A stretch of 64,000 bases of DNA from Octopus vulgaris (GCA_951406725.2 OX597826.1:59024001-59088000); one strand, 5' to 3'; positions 31,549 through 46,616 are shown, counted from the stretch's first letter. The notes: generated from the sequence alone by a model not told the origin. Program-made: numbers and translations.

Positions 31549-32271
31549 ATTTTTTTCCAATCTACAGAATAACAGAATAATAGTTGAAATTTGCTATGCA
31601 TGCATATGTACTGCGTAGATGTTCACACTCACACACACATACATTACACAAGTCTCTTAACAGTTTCTGTGTGTTAAATTCACTGACAAGGCATTGGTTG
31701 GCCTGAGACTATAGACGTTGCCAAGGAAACTTCTTAACCACATCGCCATGCCTGTGCTTTATACCTGATTATTATAGTTTAACATTTACACGTGACGCAC
31801 AGATCATATGATAACATTTAAAAATCAACACGTATCTTCTGGCATTTTCGTCATTGTCAATGATTACGTAATTACATTTTTTAAATATTGTGTCACAAAA
31901 GACCAGCTAAAAGAAAACCAATTACCCAATGGCTCCAAAATAAACTGTGTTTCAAAACATTTCTTAGATATCATACAGAACACGTACATCAATGGGAAGT
32001 TGTGGGCTACGATCCCCTATTGTCACGCTCTGACGTTATTGCTCCTTTGTTGCTTGTAGTGCTAACTGGTTCTGTTGTAGAAATACTTCAACGTTACCAT
32101 GATGCCCTCATTAAGTTCACTCACCGTTGCTGCTGGATTCCTATATACACACACGCGCGCGCGCGCGCACACTCGTTCACACAGAGTCATATACATACAT
32201 GCATGCATAAATACACACACAGAATATTTGGGTATGAGCTACTTTGTCGGGGAAAGACAATAATTCGGTTG

Positions 32272-32302
<31 letters not shown>

Positions 32303-32351
32303 TAAATATTTGGAATGTTTTGGAAATTCCTTGATACAGTTATAATATTTA

Positions 32352-32637
32352 GAGTGAAGACTTTTTCGGAAGGATTTGAGATTGAGAAAAGAACCTTTTT
32401 AAAAAGAAGAAAGCTACTAACATTTGGGAAGAGAATTCACAAAATCTGTGTGGGCTTTGCTTTCATAGATATGCAAATACTTTCAGTTCTTAACGTTAAG
32501 AACTGAAAGCGCTTGCACATCTATAAAAGCAAAAGCCACACATATTTTGTGAATTCTCTTCCCAAAGGTTTAGTGCCTTTAGACTTTCTAAAAAGGTTCT
32601 TTTCTCAATCTTAACTCTTTGAGAAAAAATCTTCTCT

Positions 32638-32638
<1 letters not shown>
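32352..32638. repeat. Fold-back element between (TA)n tracts
   Basis: Perfect 30-bp central palindrome ctttcagttcttaac|gttaagaactgaaag (32480-32509) with diverged arms of about 140 bp. Confidence 0.85.
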
Positions 32639-32698
<60 letters not shown>

Positions 32699-32699
32699 A

Positions 32700-33160
32700 T
32701 GAAGCATGTATCTCAACTATGTGCTTCCGGATTCAGTCCCACTGCGTGACACCTTGAGCAAATTTCCGTCTACCAAATACACTCACAGGACTTTGGTCAG
32801 CTCGAGGCTATAGTAGAAGACACTTGTGCAAGGTGCCATGCGGTGGGGATGGATCTGAGTCCGTGTGATTGGGAAGCAACCATCTTACTATACAGCCACA
32901 CCTGCGCCTATATTTATCAGTATATATGTGTGATTGTCTTTGTGTTTCTGATTGCCTCCTGCCATCACCGCTTGACAACCATTCTTGGTGCGTTTCTACT
33001 CCCATAAGCTAGCGATTCAGTAAAATAGCACCATAGAATAAGAACTAGGCTTTGAATATATATCCTGGGGTCAATTTGTTTGATAAAAATCCTTCAAGGG
33101 GGTGGGTGCTCCAGCATGGCCGCAGTCAAATGGCAGAAACAAGTAAAAGAATAAAAGACT
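32700..33160. mobile_element. Rearranged SINE family C pieces in both orientations
   Basis: Plus-strand head (32715-32762), minus-strand head (32763-32909), plus-strand tail (32930-33160). Confidence 0.65.
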
Positions 33161-33189
33161 ATATCTAAATATATATATATATATATCGT

Positions 33190-33800
33190 GCTTTGTGTAT
33201 CCAAGTAATACTTCGTGGTTGGTCGTATTTATGAAGCAGGGCTCTGGTTTTTGGAGTAAAGCACACACCACATACAATTAAATAGATAATCATGGAGAAT
33301 TCCACACCGTATTTAAGTGGATCAATAGAAATGCAAAGAACGAGTTCCTGAAAGAACGCATATTCTTGCTACATCCAAGGATTTCACCACACTACTTAAT
33401 TCCTCTTCGGAAATTCTTAACAAATGGAAGCACGTGGGCAAATTTTCTTTGTCGAACTGGTGGGCGCAACCCTCTCCAGATTGAGCAGGTGTCTCACGGA
33501 TTTGACCTCCTCTTCGTTGAATTATTCTACATCAGCTAGATTAATAAAGATTTCGAGGGTCAAAGAGGTCGCAACTCTTTAATTTCTGTTTCGTCTTCTT
33601 TTCTTTTTTTTTTTGTCTGTTTTTATTCACCTTTTCTCGTTTTTCTTCTCGTGTATTCTCCTAGCCCAGCGTCCTCGTTTTCAAATAACACCACCTACGT
33701 ATATTTTAGCCTGAAGGGTTGCTTGAAGACACACGCATATTTATATATATATATAAATTTCCTCTATTTACATAATATTGAGGTCTCCTCCTTTCTTTTG
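33190..33800 (+). pseudogene. Decayed PLE endonuclease C-terminus plus 3' region
   Basis: 33395-33447 translates to LNSSSEILNKWKHVGKF, similar to the PLE terminal LNxRxE..CxH..K motif; flanked by (TA)n. Confidence 0.4.
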
Positions 33801-33817
33801 TTATCTCACCGTTTTTA

Positions 33818-33943
<126 letters not shown>

Positions 33944-34000
33944 CATATACATATATATGTGTGTGTGTGTGATATATGTAAATAAATATATGTGTATATG

Positions 34001-34046
<46 letters not shown>

Positions 34047-34897
34047 TACACACACACATATCTGGTTTTCATGTATGTGTATGTGCGCATGTACGTTTAT
34101 ATGTAGAGAAATTATGATTCAAGGATTTGTTGTAATTGAAGTTGTTTGTTGTTGAGTCACTGTTTGTGATATAAGGCTTCAAATACGAATATTTTAAACG
34201 CTAACGTCTTTATTAGTTTCTTGTTATGATGTGGACTTCTTTGTTCATATGAAGCCCAACCGCTGTTTCACTTGAATCAAAATATGGAATCAGCACGCCA
34301 GGGGGCGTTATATGCATGCATGCATCCATCCATCCATCCATCCATCCATACATACATATATACATACATACATACATACGTATATGCATACGTTAATATA
34401 TATACATACGTACATGAGCACACACACACACACACACACTCTCTCTCTCTCTCTCTCTCTCTCAAACACACGGGCGCAAGCACACACACACGAACGTACA
34501 AACACGTATGCACAGACACGCATGCGTGTATATGTATGCATATGCGTACAAAGTTACATACAGCGTATATTTATGCGCATACACATTCAAGTAATGTTTC
34601 TAATAAACTATCAATTTAAATTTGTCCAAATAAAGAAAAGTGTGTCTGTGTCTTACATACACTTATAGTTACACATATACATACATACGTATACACATGC
34701 AGCCATATACACACGCACATATATATATTTACGACTAAAATGAGGCATACGTACAGAAACATACATGTGAGTATTTATATATACACTCACACATATACAG
34801 TTATGTTGCTTGAGATTGCGTATCAATATATGTATGTCAACACTGCGATTTTTTTTTTTTTGCAAAAAGCAAATTTTGTATGGTTAAGTCTCTTACA

Positions 34898-35112
<215 letters not shown>

Positions 35113-35194
35113 TGTATGTAAACAATCAATTACATCTGTAATATTATTGTATTAAGGTTTCTGTTTATTAAAAAAATATTTTCGTTCTCTATCG

Positions 35195-35254
<60 letters not shown>

Positions 35255-35344
35255 CATACATATATATATATATACATACATACATACTTACACACACACA
35301 CATATATATATATGTGTGTGTGTGTGTGTGTATGTGACTATGAA

Positions 35345-35391
<47 letters not shown>

Positions 35392-35714
35392 TCACGCACA
35401 TACATGCATATAGGTATATGGTGTATTGTTTATGTTTATGGAGGAAGGCCGAGGAGGAAAAAAAAAGAAGAGTGAAAGGGAAGGGAGATGATCTTAAAAT
35501 TAAATTTGTGTTGGAATGCAGTAAATAACAATATTTCATCCGTTTCCAAAAATAAAAAAAAAATGAAAAATATTGTTATTTATGTTTTTGTCGCTGAGAC
35601 TAAAGTCGAGTAGAAAGCATTTATCAATTTGGTTGTTAGGTAGAAATAATATTACAATCACTGCTTAACTGGTTTCGTGTGTGTGTGTCTGTATGATTGT
35701 GTGTGTGTCTGTAT

Positions 35715-35754
<40 letters not shown>

Positions 35755-36749
35755 CTTTTATTTTTTCCCTTCCTGTTTATATGAAGGATATTTAAAAAAA
35801 TATATTTTATCATACACAAACATACGCACATATACAAATATAATTAATATTATTGGTATACACACACACACAAAGCCATAAGTATATTTCTCTCTTTCTC
35901 TCTCTCTCTCTCTATATATATATATAGATATATATATTTATAAATATGCATACAAACACACAATACACATACATACATTCATATATATATATATAACATA
36001 TGCATACATATACATACACACACATATATATATACATAACACACGCACACACACACACATATATATATATAAATATGTACAAACATACATATGTATACAT
36101 GTATATTAATATTTATTTTTAGTTTTCTGTTTCTCTAAACATTGCTACTAGTAGTAATATGTTATTATTATTACTAAAGATATATATATTTATATAAATA
36201 TATTATGTAAAAAATATTTTTAAAATGTAGTTATTATTGGTTTGAAGTTCAAGCTTATTTTATATGTTGGTATGTTAGTTTTATTTAAAATAAATGTTTA
36301 TAACTTTATATATTTGTTTAATTTAATTTATATCTATTGTTTATAATCGTTTTGTATTAGATTGGAAAAAAATAAGACATTTATTATACATTAAATAATC
36401 ATTGAAAGAGCGGAAATAGTCAAGCGCCCATCTGAAATGTATTTCATGTATTAAGTTTCCTTCTTCATCATGTTCTGAGTTCGAAAGTTGCTGTGTTCGA
36501 TCTTGTTTCCTTCATCATATCATGGCACCATTTAATCAATTTCAGTAAATCGATTTAAACAAGTTCGTTTATTATTATATCATAACGTGGAATTCAGTAT
36601 TTGGGGACAGCTTCAATCTTAGCAAAGCTTGGGCCGCTTCCCAAAGACAAGTCCTCCCCTTTATGTAGAACCCTGAAGATAATTCAGTCCCCAACAGCGG
36701 CTAATTCATTACTGTTCTTGAACTTTTTTTCATCTCTTATTTGTTATCT

Positions 36750-36970
36750 TTCGTCTTTCACTTCTTTCAGTCATTACACTGCGGCCATGCTGGGGCATTG
36801 CCCTGAAGAAATTTTAATTTGAATGAATCGATCCCCCGTGATTATTTTATTGTTAAGTTTGCTACTTATTTTATCGTTTCTTTTGCCGAATCGCTAAGTT
36901 ACAGGAAAGTAAACACAACAACACTAGTTGTTAAGCAGTGGTGGGGCACAACCGGAGACACGAACACGCA
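36750..36970 (-). mobile_element. SINE family C, 3' part
   Basis: ttcagtcattacactgcggccatgctgggg matches 9675-9705. Confidence 0.65.
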
Positions 36971-37092
36971 CGCACACACACACACACACATACACACACA
37001 CACACACATGGCGGTGCCCCAGCATCAGCACTGCCTTAGGGCAGAAAGACTATATATATATATAAAAGAATATATATATATATATATATATA

Positions 37093-37423
37093 TAAATTTA
37101 CAATTGAGGATAAAATCTTTATAAGAAATTAGCAGTAGTTAGCGTGAAAAACCTCGTAAAACCACTTTGAAAATATTTACTTATATTATATTGAGGGTAC
37201 TACTATTCATAGATACCGCACGCTAAGAGGGACCAATGCGGTCAAAACTACTAAAATAAACAAAATTTTACCGAATGCAAAACTTCAAAGCAATTCTTTT
37301 TTTTAAATGACTTGCTTTGAAGTTTTGCATTCGGTAAAATTTTGTATATTTTAGTAGTTTTGACCGCATTGGTCCCTCTTAGGGTGCGGTATCTATGAAT
37401 AGTAGTACCCTCAATATAATATA
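37093..37423. mobile_element. Fold-back element with a 90-bp unpaired end, between (TA)n tracts
   Basis: Arms 37181-37292 and 37311-37423 are near-perfect reverse complements. Confidence 0.9.
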
Positions 37424-38067
37424 TATATATATACAGTGAGCGTGCCATACTGAGGGACTGAGCCTAGATTCATGTGGCTGAAAAGTAAGCTTCTTACCAC
37501 ACAGCCACGCCTGCGCCAATGAAAGCCTCAATGGAATGATGTGCCCTCATCTGTGTCGGTGATGTTTCATACGCGGGCATCTCTGCTGCTTGACGTGAAA
37601 TCACTATCAGACAGACCATAGCCTTTAGTCAGTATGTATAATATTTCGACAGTGTGTCTGTTCTGTCTTTTGACCCCTGCTCTTGGAGTTGGCTGGTATC
37701 TTGCCTATAGCATTCAAATATCCCATGACGCAATAGTTTTTCCACCACATCTCAAATGTGTTGTATCCAACAGAGATGAATCTACACTAACCACTATACC
37801 AAATCCCTTATTCCCAGTCATTGGCTCGCTGGAACCGTTTTTATGCTTACATATTTCCTACAGGTGTTGATTTGCGGCAGTTTAAAATGGACATTAACGC
37901 TACCGATCTCAAAAGCCTAGAACAGTCGTGGACACTACTCCGTCCTCCAGGATCGACAAGTGAGAAGAAAATATAGAAATGCATAGACGGTGACCTGACG
38001 TTTTTCCTGATGGCTTCACCACAACCAATAAAATATCGATTTACTATAATCCTTCATATCCCAATAT

Positions 38068-38397
38068 TTTAAAAAGACTCCGCCGGTTACGACGACGAGG
38101 GTCCCAGCTGATACGATCAACGGAACAGCTTGCTCGTGAAATTAACGTGCAAATGGCTGAGCATTCCACAGACACGTGTACCCTTAACGTAGTTCTCGGG
38201 GATAATCAGCGTGACACAGAGAGTGACAAGGCTGACCCTTTGAAATACAAGTACAACTCATTTTTGCCAGCTGAGTGGACTGGAGCAACGTGAAATAAAG
38301 TGTCTTGCTCAAGGACACAACGCGTCGCCGGGAATCGAACTCACAACCTTACGATCATGAGCCGAATGCTCTAACCACTAAGCCACGCGCCCTCACT
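38068..38397 (-). mobile_element. SINE with a family A tail but a different head and central domain
   Basis: Minus strand: tggcttagtgg A box, gttcgattcc B box, ccttgagcaagacact domain; 3' half matches family A; TSD tatcccaatat. Confidence 0.85.
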
Positions 38398-38916
38398 TAT
38401 CCCAATATGCTTCAGGCCATTTTACTTATATATTCCAACTCTACGAACCTTATTAAATTGCTTTGAGAAATTAGAAACCAAAAACTCAGTTACAGTTCAA
38501 ACAACTTCAGCTTATTGTCAATATTATATGTGCACTACTTTAGGTATTTGGATCTTTTCATCAAATTAAATACACGCATCCACACACACACACACGCACA
38601 CACACACATATAAACAAACTCACACACACAGAACTCACAAACACACAACACATATAGACATACGCACGTATCTCTATACACATGAGCTAAACGGGAGTCA
38701 ATATATTTTTTCTTTCAAATATATATGTGCGACTGTGTGTGTGTGTCTGTGTGACCCACTTTGCAACAAATTTAATCACGAACTAAATTATATGCAATTT
38801 TATGAAACATTTTAATTAATACCATATGTGATTAGAAAATACTTAAAAATCATACTTCCGATTCAATAAACAGCATGACATGCAAATAGTTTCGCTTTTG
38901 AATTTGCTTTTATCCA

Positions 38917-38981
<65 letters not shown>

Positions 38982-39068
38982 CTATATATGAACATATATA
39001 TTCACTAACTCATTAACTCACAGAAGTGTACAAGTGTATATGCATATTCATCAATCAATCTAGCTATC

Positions 39069-39171
<103 letters not shown>

Positions 39172-39362
39172 GCATGTATATATGTATAAATATATCAAAC
39201 ATATATAATACACGCATACACAGACACACACACTTATGTATATATGCGCATATATGTATTTGTGTATATATAGAGATAGACAGACAGACATACAAACACA
39301 TAGAGAAACAGATACATATATATATCAAAATGGATAAAAGCAAATTCTAAGGCGAAATCATT

Positions 39363-39463
<101 letters not shown>

Positions 39464-39773
39464 TCTCTGAACATCCATCCCTTCATTCTTTATCGAGTGA
39501 GAAAACGATTTGGACGTTTTGTTTTGGTGTCTTGCAATGCCATTTACGCCTATGAGGAGTTACTTTCCCTATGAAACTCGGTTTTTTCCCAAACTTTGTC
39601 TCAAACCTGCTATAATGTGATACATGTCATTGGTGTTGTAATTATACGCGGCTGAAGAAGGCTTTTGACCTACCTGTTATATCAATTATGCATTGATATA
39701 AGTTGTTCAATAAAGCCCGAAACATATGTACCGCAGAATCCTTTGCGTCCTGTTTTTCTTTTGATACACACAC

Positions 39774-39816
<43 letters not shown>

Positions 39817-40036
39817 TAGATAGATAGATAGATAGATAGAGAGATAGAGAGAGAGAGAGATAGAGTGAATGAGAGAGAAAGAGAGAAGGAGATGTGTATG
39901 GGTTGCGTGTGTGCATTGTAACTATATCCAAGTTCACATCGTCTTTTCATTTAAGTCATGCCGAAAATTTTTCACTGAGATTGTTGTACATATAACTAGT
40001 ATAAAGATTTGGCTGTGACCTGAGTCTGAGAGACTC

Positions 40037-40239
40037 GGGAATGTCTGGAATGTCTGGAATGACTGAAATGTCAGGAATGTTTGGAATGTCAGGAATGTCT
40101 GGAATGTCACTAATTTCAGGAATGTCTGGAATGTCCGGAATGTCAGAAACGTCAGGAATGTCAGGAGTGTCTGGAATGTCAAGACATTCCTGAAATTCCA
40201 GATATTCCTGACGTTTCTGACATTCCGGACATTCCAGAC
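40037..40239. repeat. 9-bp minisatellite (GGAATGTCA/T) with an inverted segment
   Basis: About 16 units up to 40180, then reverse-complement units at 40183-40239. Confidence 0.9.
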
Positions 40240-43200
40240 GTTAATGATATTTGAACCGGTTTGATCAGGCTTGATCCGGTTTTATCCGGTTTGAACTTGT
40301 TTGATCTGGTTTGAACCGGTTTGATCGGGTTTGGTCAATTTTGATCGGGTTTGAACCGGTTTGAACCGTTTTGATCCGGTTTGATCCAGTTTGAACCGGT
40401 TTCGAACGGTTTGGTTTAGACCGCTTCGGTTTGGATCCGGTTTGATCCGGTTTGAACCGGTTTGATCCGGTTTGGTCCGGTTTGATCCAGACATTAATGA
40501 TATTTGAACCGGTTTGATCTGGTTTGACCCGGTTTGATCCGATTTGAACCGGTTTGGTCCTGTTTGGTCCGGTATGATCCGGTTTGAACCGGTTTCGAAC
40601 GGTTTGGTTTCGACCGGTTCGGTTTGGAAAACCGGTTTGATACGGTTTGAACCGTTTTTGAACAAGTTTGATCCATTCTGAACCGGTTTGATCCGGTTTA
40701 GTCCGTTTGAACCGGTTTGATCCGGTTCGAACCGATTTTAACCCATTTGATCCGGTTTGATCCGGATTGATCTGCTTTGAACCGGTTTGATCCGGTTTAG
40801 TCCGGTTCGATCCGGTTACGAACCGGTTTCGAGCGGTTTGGTTTAGACAGGTTCAATTTGGAGAACCGGTTTGATCCGTTTTGAAGCGGTTCAATTTGGA
40901 GAACCGGTTTGATCCGGTTTGAACCGGTTTCGAAAGGATTGGTATAACCGGTTTGATCCTGTTTTGAACGGTTTGGTTTAGACCGGTTCGGTTTGGAGAA
41001 CCGGTTTGATCCGGTTTGATTCGGTTTGAACCGTTTTGAAACGTTTTGAAACGGTTTGATCTGGTGTGAACCGGTTTGGTCCTGTTTGATCAGGTTTGAC
41101 CGTTTTGATCCTGTTTGAACCGGTTTGATCTGGTTTGATCCGGTTTGATCCGGTTTGAACCGATTTGATCCGGTTTGAACCGGTTTGACCCGGTTTGAAC
41201 CGGTTCGATCCGATTTGAACCCATTTGATCCGGATTGATCTGGTTTGAACCGGTTTGATCCGGTCTAGTCCGGTTAGATCCGGTTTCGAACCGGTTTCGA
41301 GCGGTTTGGTTTAGACAGGTTCAATTTGGAGAACCGGTTTGATCCGTTTTGAACCGGTTCAATTTGGAGAAACGGTTTGATCCGTTCTGAACCGTTTTGG
41401 TCCGGTTTGAACCGGCTTGATGCGGTTTGATCCGGTTTGAATCGGTTTGATCCGGTTTGAACCGGTTTGATCTGGTTTGGCACGGTTTGATCTGGTTTGA
41501 ACCGGTTTGATCCGTTTTGATCCGGTTCTATCCGGTTTGGTCCGGTTTGATCCGGTGTGGACCGGTTTGATCTGGTTTGAACCGGTTCCATCCGGTTTAG
41601 TCCGTTTAAATCCGGTTTTGAACGGTTTGGTTTGACTGGTTCGGTTTGGAAGTGTTTGATCCGGTTTGAGCCGGTTTGGTCCCGTTTGAGCCAGTTTGAA
41701 CCGGTTTCAAACTGTTTGGTTTAGAGCGGTTCGATTTGGAGAACCGGTTTGATCCGGTTTGAACAGTTTTGATCCCTTTGAACCGTTTGATCAGGCTTGA
41801 ACCTGTTTGAACCTGTTTGATCCGGTTTGAACTGGTTTGATCCGGTTTGTAACGGTTTGACCCGGTTTGTTCCGGATTGATCCAGACATTAATGATATTT
41901 GAACCGTTTGTTCCGGCTTGAACCGGTTTGATCTTGTTTGAACCGGTTTGCCCCGGTTCTGTCCGGTTTGATCCAGACATTAATGATATTGGAACCGGTT
42001 TGTTCTGGTTTGAATCGTTTTGATCCGGTCTGCTCCAGTTTAATCCGGTTTGAACAGGTTGGAACTTGTTTGGTCCAGTTTGGTCCGGTATGATCCGGTT
42101 TGAACCGGTTTCGAACGGTTTGGTTTAGACCGGTTCGGTTTGGAGAACCGGTTTGATCCGTTCTGAACCGGTTTGATCTGGTGTGGACCGGTTTGAACCT
42201 GTTTGAACTGGTTTGAGCCGGTTTGAACCGGTTTGAACCGGTTTGATTAACAGGTTCGATCCGGTTCGAATCCGTATGATCCGGTTTCGTCCGGTTTGAT
42301 CTGATTTGAACCGGTTTCATACGCTTTAGTCCGGTTTGATCCGGTTTCGAACCGGTTTCGAACGGATAGGTTTAGACCGGTTTGGTTTGAAACGGTTTGA
42401 TCCGGTTTGAACCGGTATGATCCTGTTTGATCAAGACATTAATGATATTTGAACCGGTTTGATCTAGTTTGATCAGGTTTGGTCCGGTTTCATTCAGTTT
42501 GAACCGGTATGAACCGGTTTGATACGGTTTGAACCGGTTTGGTCCAGTTTGGTCCGGTTTGATACGGTTTGAACCGGCTTCGAACGGTTTGGTTAAGACT
42601 GGTTTGGTTTGGAGAACCGTTTGATCCGGTTTGAACTGTTTTGATCCATTTTGAACCGTTTTGATCTGTTTTGGACCGGTTTGGTTCGGTTTGATCTGGT
42701 TTGAACCGGTTTGAAACTGTTTGGTTTAGACCGGTTTAAAGAACCGGTTTGAACAGTTTTTGGTACGGTTTGATCCGGTTTGAACCGATTTGACCCGGCT
42801 TGGTCCGGTTTGATTCAGACATTAATGATATTTGAACCGGTTTGATCTGGTTTGAACCGGTTTGATCCGAGCTGGTCCGGTTTGGTCCAAAAATTAATGA
42901 TATTTGTACCGGTTTGATCTGGTTTGATCAGGTTTGAACCGGTTTCTAACGGTTTGGTTCAGACTGGTTCGGTTTGGAAAACCGGTTTCTTTCGGTTTGA
43001 ACCGTTTTGATTCGTTTTGAACCGGTTTGATCTGGTTTGAACCGGTTTCATCCGGTTTAGTCCTGTTTGAACCGGTTTGATCCGGTTTGGTTCGGTTTTA
43101 TCCGGTATGAACCGGTTTCGAACGGTTCGGTTTGGAGAACCGGGTTTATCAGGTTTGAACCGTTTTGATCAGTTTTGAACCGGTTTGATCTGGTTTGAAC

Positions 43201-43995
43201 CGGTTTGATCAGGTTTCAATCGGTTTGATCCGGTTTGAACCGGATCAATCCGGTTTGAACCGGTTTATCTGGTTTGAACCGGTTTCATCCGGTTTAATCC
43301 TGTTTGGACCTGTTTGATCCGTTTATAGTCCGGTTTGATCTGGTTCGAACCGGTTTGATCGGTTTGGACCGGTTTGAACCGGTTTGACACGGTTTGAGCC
43401 GGTTTGGTCCGGTCTGGTCCGGTTTGATACGGTTTGAACCGCTTTCGAACGGTTTGGTTTATACCGTTTCGGTTTGTAGAACCGGTTTGATCTGGTTTGA
43501 ACCGTTTTGATCCATTTTGAATCGGTTTGATCTGGTTTGAACCGGTTTGACCCGGCTTGATTCGGTTTGAACAGGTTTCGAACGGTTTAGTTTAGACCGG
43601 TTCGGTTTGGAGAACCGGTTTGAACCGTTTTGATCCATTTTGAACCGGTTTGGTCTGGTTTGAACCGGTTTGATCTGTTTTGTACCGGTTTGATCTGGTG
43701 TGAACCGGTTTTGTCCGGTTTGATCCGGTCTGAACCGGTTCGATCCGGTTCGAACCGGTTTGATCTAGTTTGGTGCGGTTTGATCTGATTTGAACCGGTT
43801 TCGAACCGGTTTCGAACGGTTTGGTTTATACCGGTTCAGTTTGGAACGGTTTGATCCGGTTTGGACCGGTTTCGAACGGTTTGGTTTAGACCGGTTCGGT
43901 TTGGAACGGATTGATCCGGTTTGAAATGGTTTGAACCGGTTTGATCCGGTTTGATCATGTTTGATCCGGTTTGACCGGTTTTGATCCGTTTTTGA
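40240..43995. repeat. Satellite of ~10-bp units (CCGGTTTGAT/CCGGTTTGAA) with higher-order motifs
   Basis: About 3.75 kb of diverged decamers with recurring ttaatgatatt and ggtttggagaaccgg landmarks. Confidence 0.95.
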
Positions 43996-44149
43996 ATAAA
44001 CAGAATGAACGAATCTCATGTACAATCATAAACATATACATATACGCACTGCTTACGATTCATGCTGGAATCTCCAATACGAACACTTTAGAATATTTGG
44101 GGTCAATCTGTTGGGTTGCGGTGTCCCAAAATTATGTACCGAAAGGTAT

Positions 44150-44704
44150 AAAAATCAAACATCCAGTCAACATTATGGTATTTGGAGTGATCACTAGTGA
44201 TGGCGGTGTTATGCCCCCATTAATCTTTTCACACCGTCTCGCAATCAGCACGGAGCTCTACATCAAGTGCCTGGAGAGGACCCTATGTTTGGCAACAGCA
44301 CTCTGCACCATGCCACACAAGCAGGAGAGCCCAGTCATGGCCGTCAGAGAATTTCTGCGACCACATTACCCCTAGCATCTGGCCACCTAACTCACCACAA
44401 TGCAGCAACCTTGATTACTACGTTTGGCGCGCATTTGAGCGAGAGACCAACAAAACTCCTTGTAACACCAAAGATGGACTGACGTCAAGACATTCACCAA
44501 CTTAAACAAGGCGACCGGCTAGAAGAGTTGCAGGAGATTCCGAAGTGGTCTGGAGGCCGCGGTTGAAGACAATGACGATTTTATTGAAAAAATTTACTCT
44601 TTAGTATATCAAGTTATGTTTATGCAATTTTGATAAATAAATGAGATGTCAGTGTGATTTTCAGTTTTGCGTAATTTAGACGATAATTTATTCACCAAGC
44701 CCTA
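44150..44704 (+). mobile_element. Tc1/mariner remnant, same family as 585-1436
   Basis: KHPVNIMVFGVITSDGGVMPP peptide; its 3' TIR is the reverse complement of 585-650 and is followed by TA. Confidence 0.8.
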
Positions 44705-44710
44705 TATATA

Positions 44711-45259
44711 TTGCGCGGGTTGAAAAACGAGAAGTCGTCTGGCCAGAACCTCCTGGAAAGAAACCATAGCGAGGGTCATTCCACAGCTGAGTCGGAACAG
44801 CCAAGAAAAGAGAAAGGCGTGAAGAAGCCAAAGATTAAGTGGCCGAAAGCAAATGATGCAGTGAGCTATAAGAAGTTCGACGACGATGTAGCAAGAATGA
44901 CCACCAAATCCAAAAGGGACGAGGAACAAAAATTCGTGAACTTGGCTAATATAGTCTATCAGAAAGGAGAGGAAAGATTTGGACTAGAAACAACGGGGAA
45001 TGGAGAATTATCAGTAAAGAAAGGGCGGATCATCAAAGAAAGAAAGACAGATCGCAAAGATACGAGAAGAGAGGAAAACATTCAGAACCAGATGGAGGGA
45101 TGCAAAGGAGGAAAGAGAAGGGTTAAAACAACTATATGAAGAGATAAGGGGCATAAGACAAATAAGAGGCATCGAGAACAACTAAGAAAGGTAAGAAGGA
45201 AGAATAGAAGAAAGGAGAGAGAAATGGACTATTGTAGTTTTGTAAACAACCCATATCTA
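44711..45259 (+). mobile_element. Fragment of an RLE-type (Hero/R2-like) non-LTR element, pre-RT region
   Basis: KPKIKWPKANDAVSYKKFDDDV...IVYQKGEERFG resembles, from memory, the pre-RT region of Hero-like elements; frameshifted downstream. Confidence 0.5.
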
Positions 45260-45547
45260 GTGGTTAGAGGAGCGGATGGTGGACGAGGGATTGCGGGTTC
45301 GAAGCTCAGACCGGCGATGTGTGTGCTTATGAGCGAAATACCTAAGCTCCACGCTCTCCGGCAGAAGGTAATGGCGAACTTCTGCTGACTCTTTCGCCAC
45401 AACTTTCTCTCACTCTTTTCTTCTGCATCTAGCAGACCACCTGCGACGGACCGGTGTCCCGTTCAGGAGGGGGATCTATACGCTAATGAACCCAGGAAAC
45501 TGGCCCTTATGAACCAAGCATAGCTCTGGAAAGAACAAACAACAACA
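45260..45547 (+). mobile_element. tRNA-derived SINE related to family A
   Basis: gggttcgaagctc B box, cacaactttctctcactc body, (AAC)n tail. Confidence 0.7.
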
Positions 45548-45874
45548 CTTATATACATACAAACACATACGCATATGCCCACACTTGGACACACATATAT
45601 TTTGACTAAAGACGTATTTATAGTGATTGTTGTGACTGAAAAACGGTGGAAGAAATGCCGATGATGACGGTGATCGTGATGGCGGTTAGTTTAACTCAAA
45701 ACTATTATGTGCTACCTACGAATAAAGTCCCTTGCTACACATTTCTACTTCATTAATGACGGGCAGGGCCTAATTATCAACAATGCAATAACAACAACAG
45801 CAACAAATAATATAGAAGGGGCAACAGCATACATAATTTTATTCACTTTCAGTATTAATTTAGTCATTCAGACA

Positions 45875-46001
45875 CAGGCATGGCTATGTGGCAACAAGTT
45901 TGCTTCCCAAGCAGATGGTTCTTGGGAAAGTGTCTTCTGCTATAACGTCGGGCGATCAAAGCCTTCATAGTAGATTTGGTAAACGGAAACTGAAAGCAGG
46001 C

Positions 46002-46005
<4 letters not shown>
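45875..46005 (+). mobile_element. SINE family C, 5' part
   Basis: tggctatgtgg...gtgtcttctgctata...cggaaactgaaag. Confidence 0.6.
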
Positions 46006-46039
<34 letters not shown>

Positions 46040-46066
46040 ATATATATATGTGTATATATATATGTG

Positions 46067-46131
<65 letters not shown>

Positions 46132-46280
46132 ATGTGTGTATATATAAGCAAAAATGTTAGTTCTAAAAACTCTCTAAGATATCAACGCACTAGTAGTATA
46201 TATAAGTAATAAATTGAACCTACGATGTTGCGATGGTGAGTGCAACACCCTAATCACTACGCCATACGCCTTCACATATA

Positions 46281-46360
<80 letters not shown>

Positions 46361-46542
46361 TAGATAGATGCGTGTTTCTCTGTCTGTCTTTGTGTATGTG
46401 CGTGTGTGTACGTGTGTGTGGGAAGGGGTGCATGCGCGAATATATTAATCTGCATGGGAAAAAAATGAGAGAGGAATTTGACCCCTCATATACATACATA
46501 CAAGAAAATATATATGTTTTTATATATATATATAAACACACA

Positions 46543-46616
<74 letters not shown>

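Noticed and set aside
40282-44025. QTGSNRFKP-repeat ORFs on the minus strand
   Set aside because: A by-product of the 10-bp satellite; frames are short, shift often and show no codon-level constraint.
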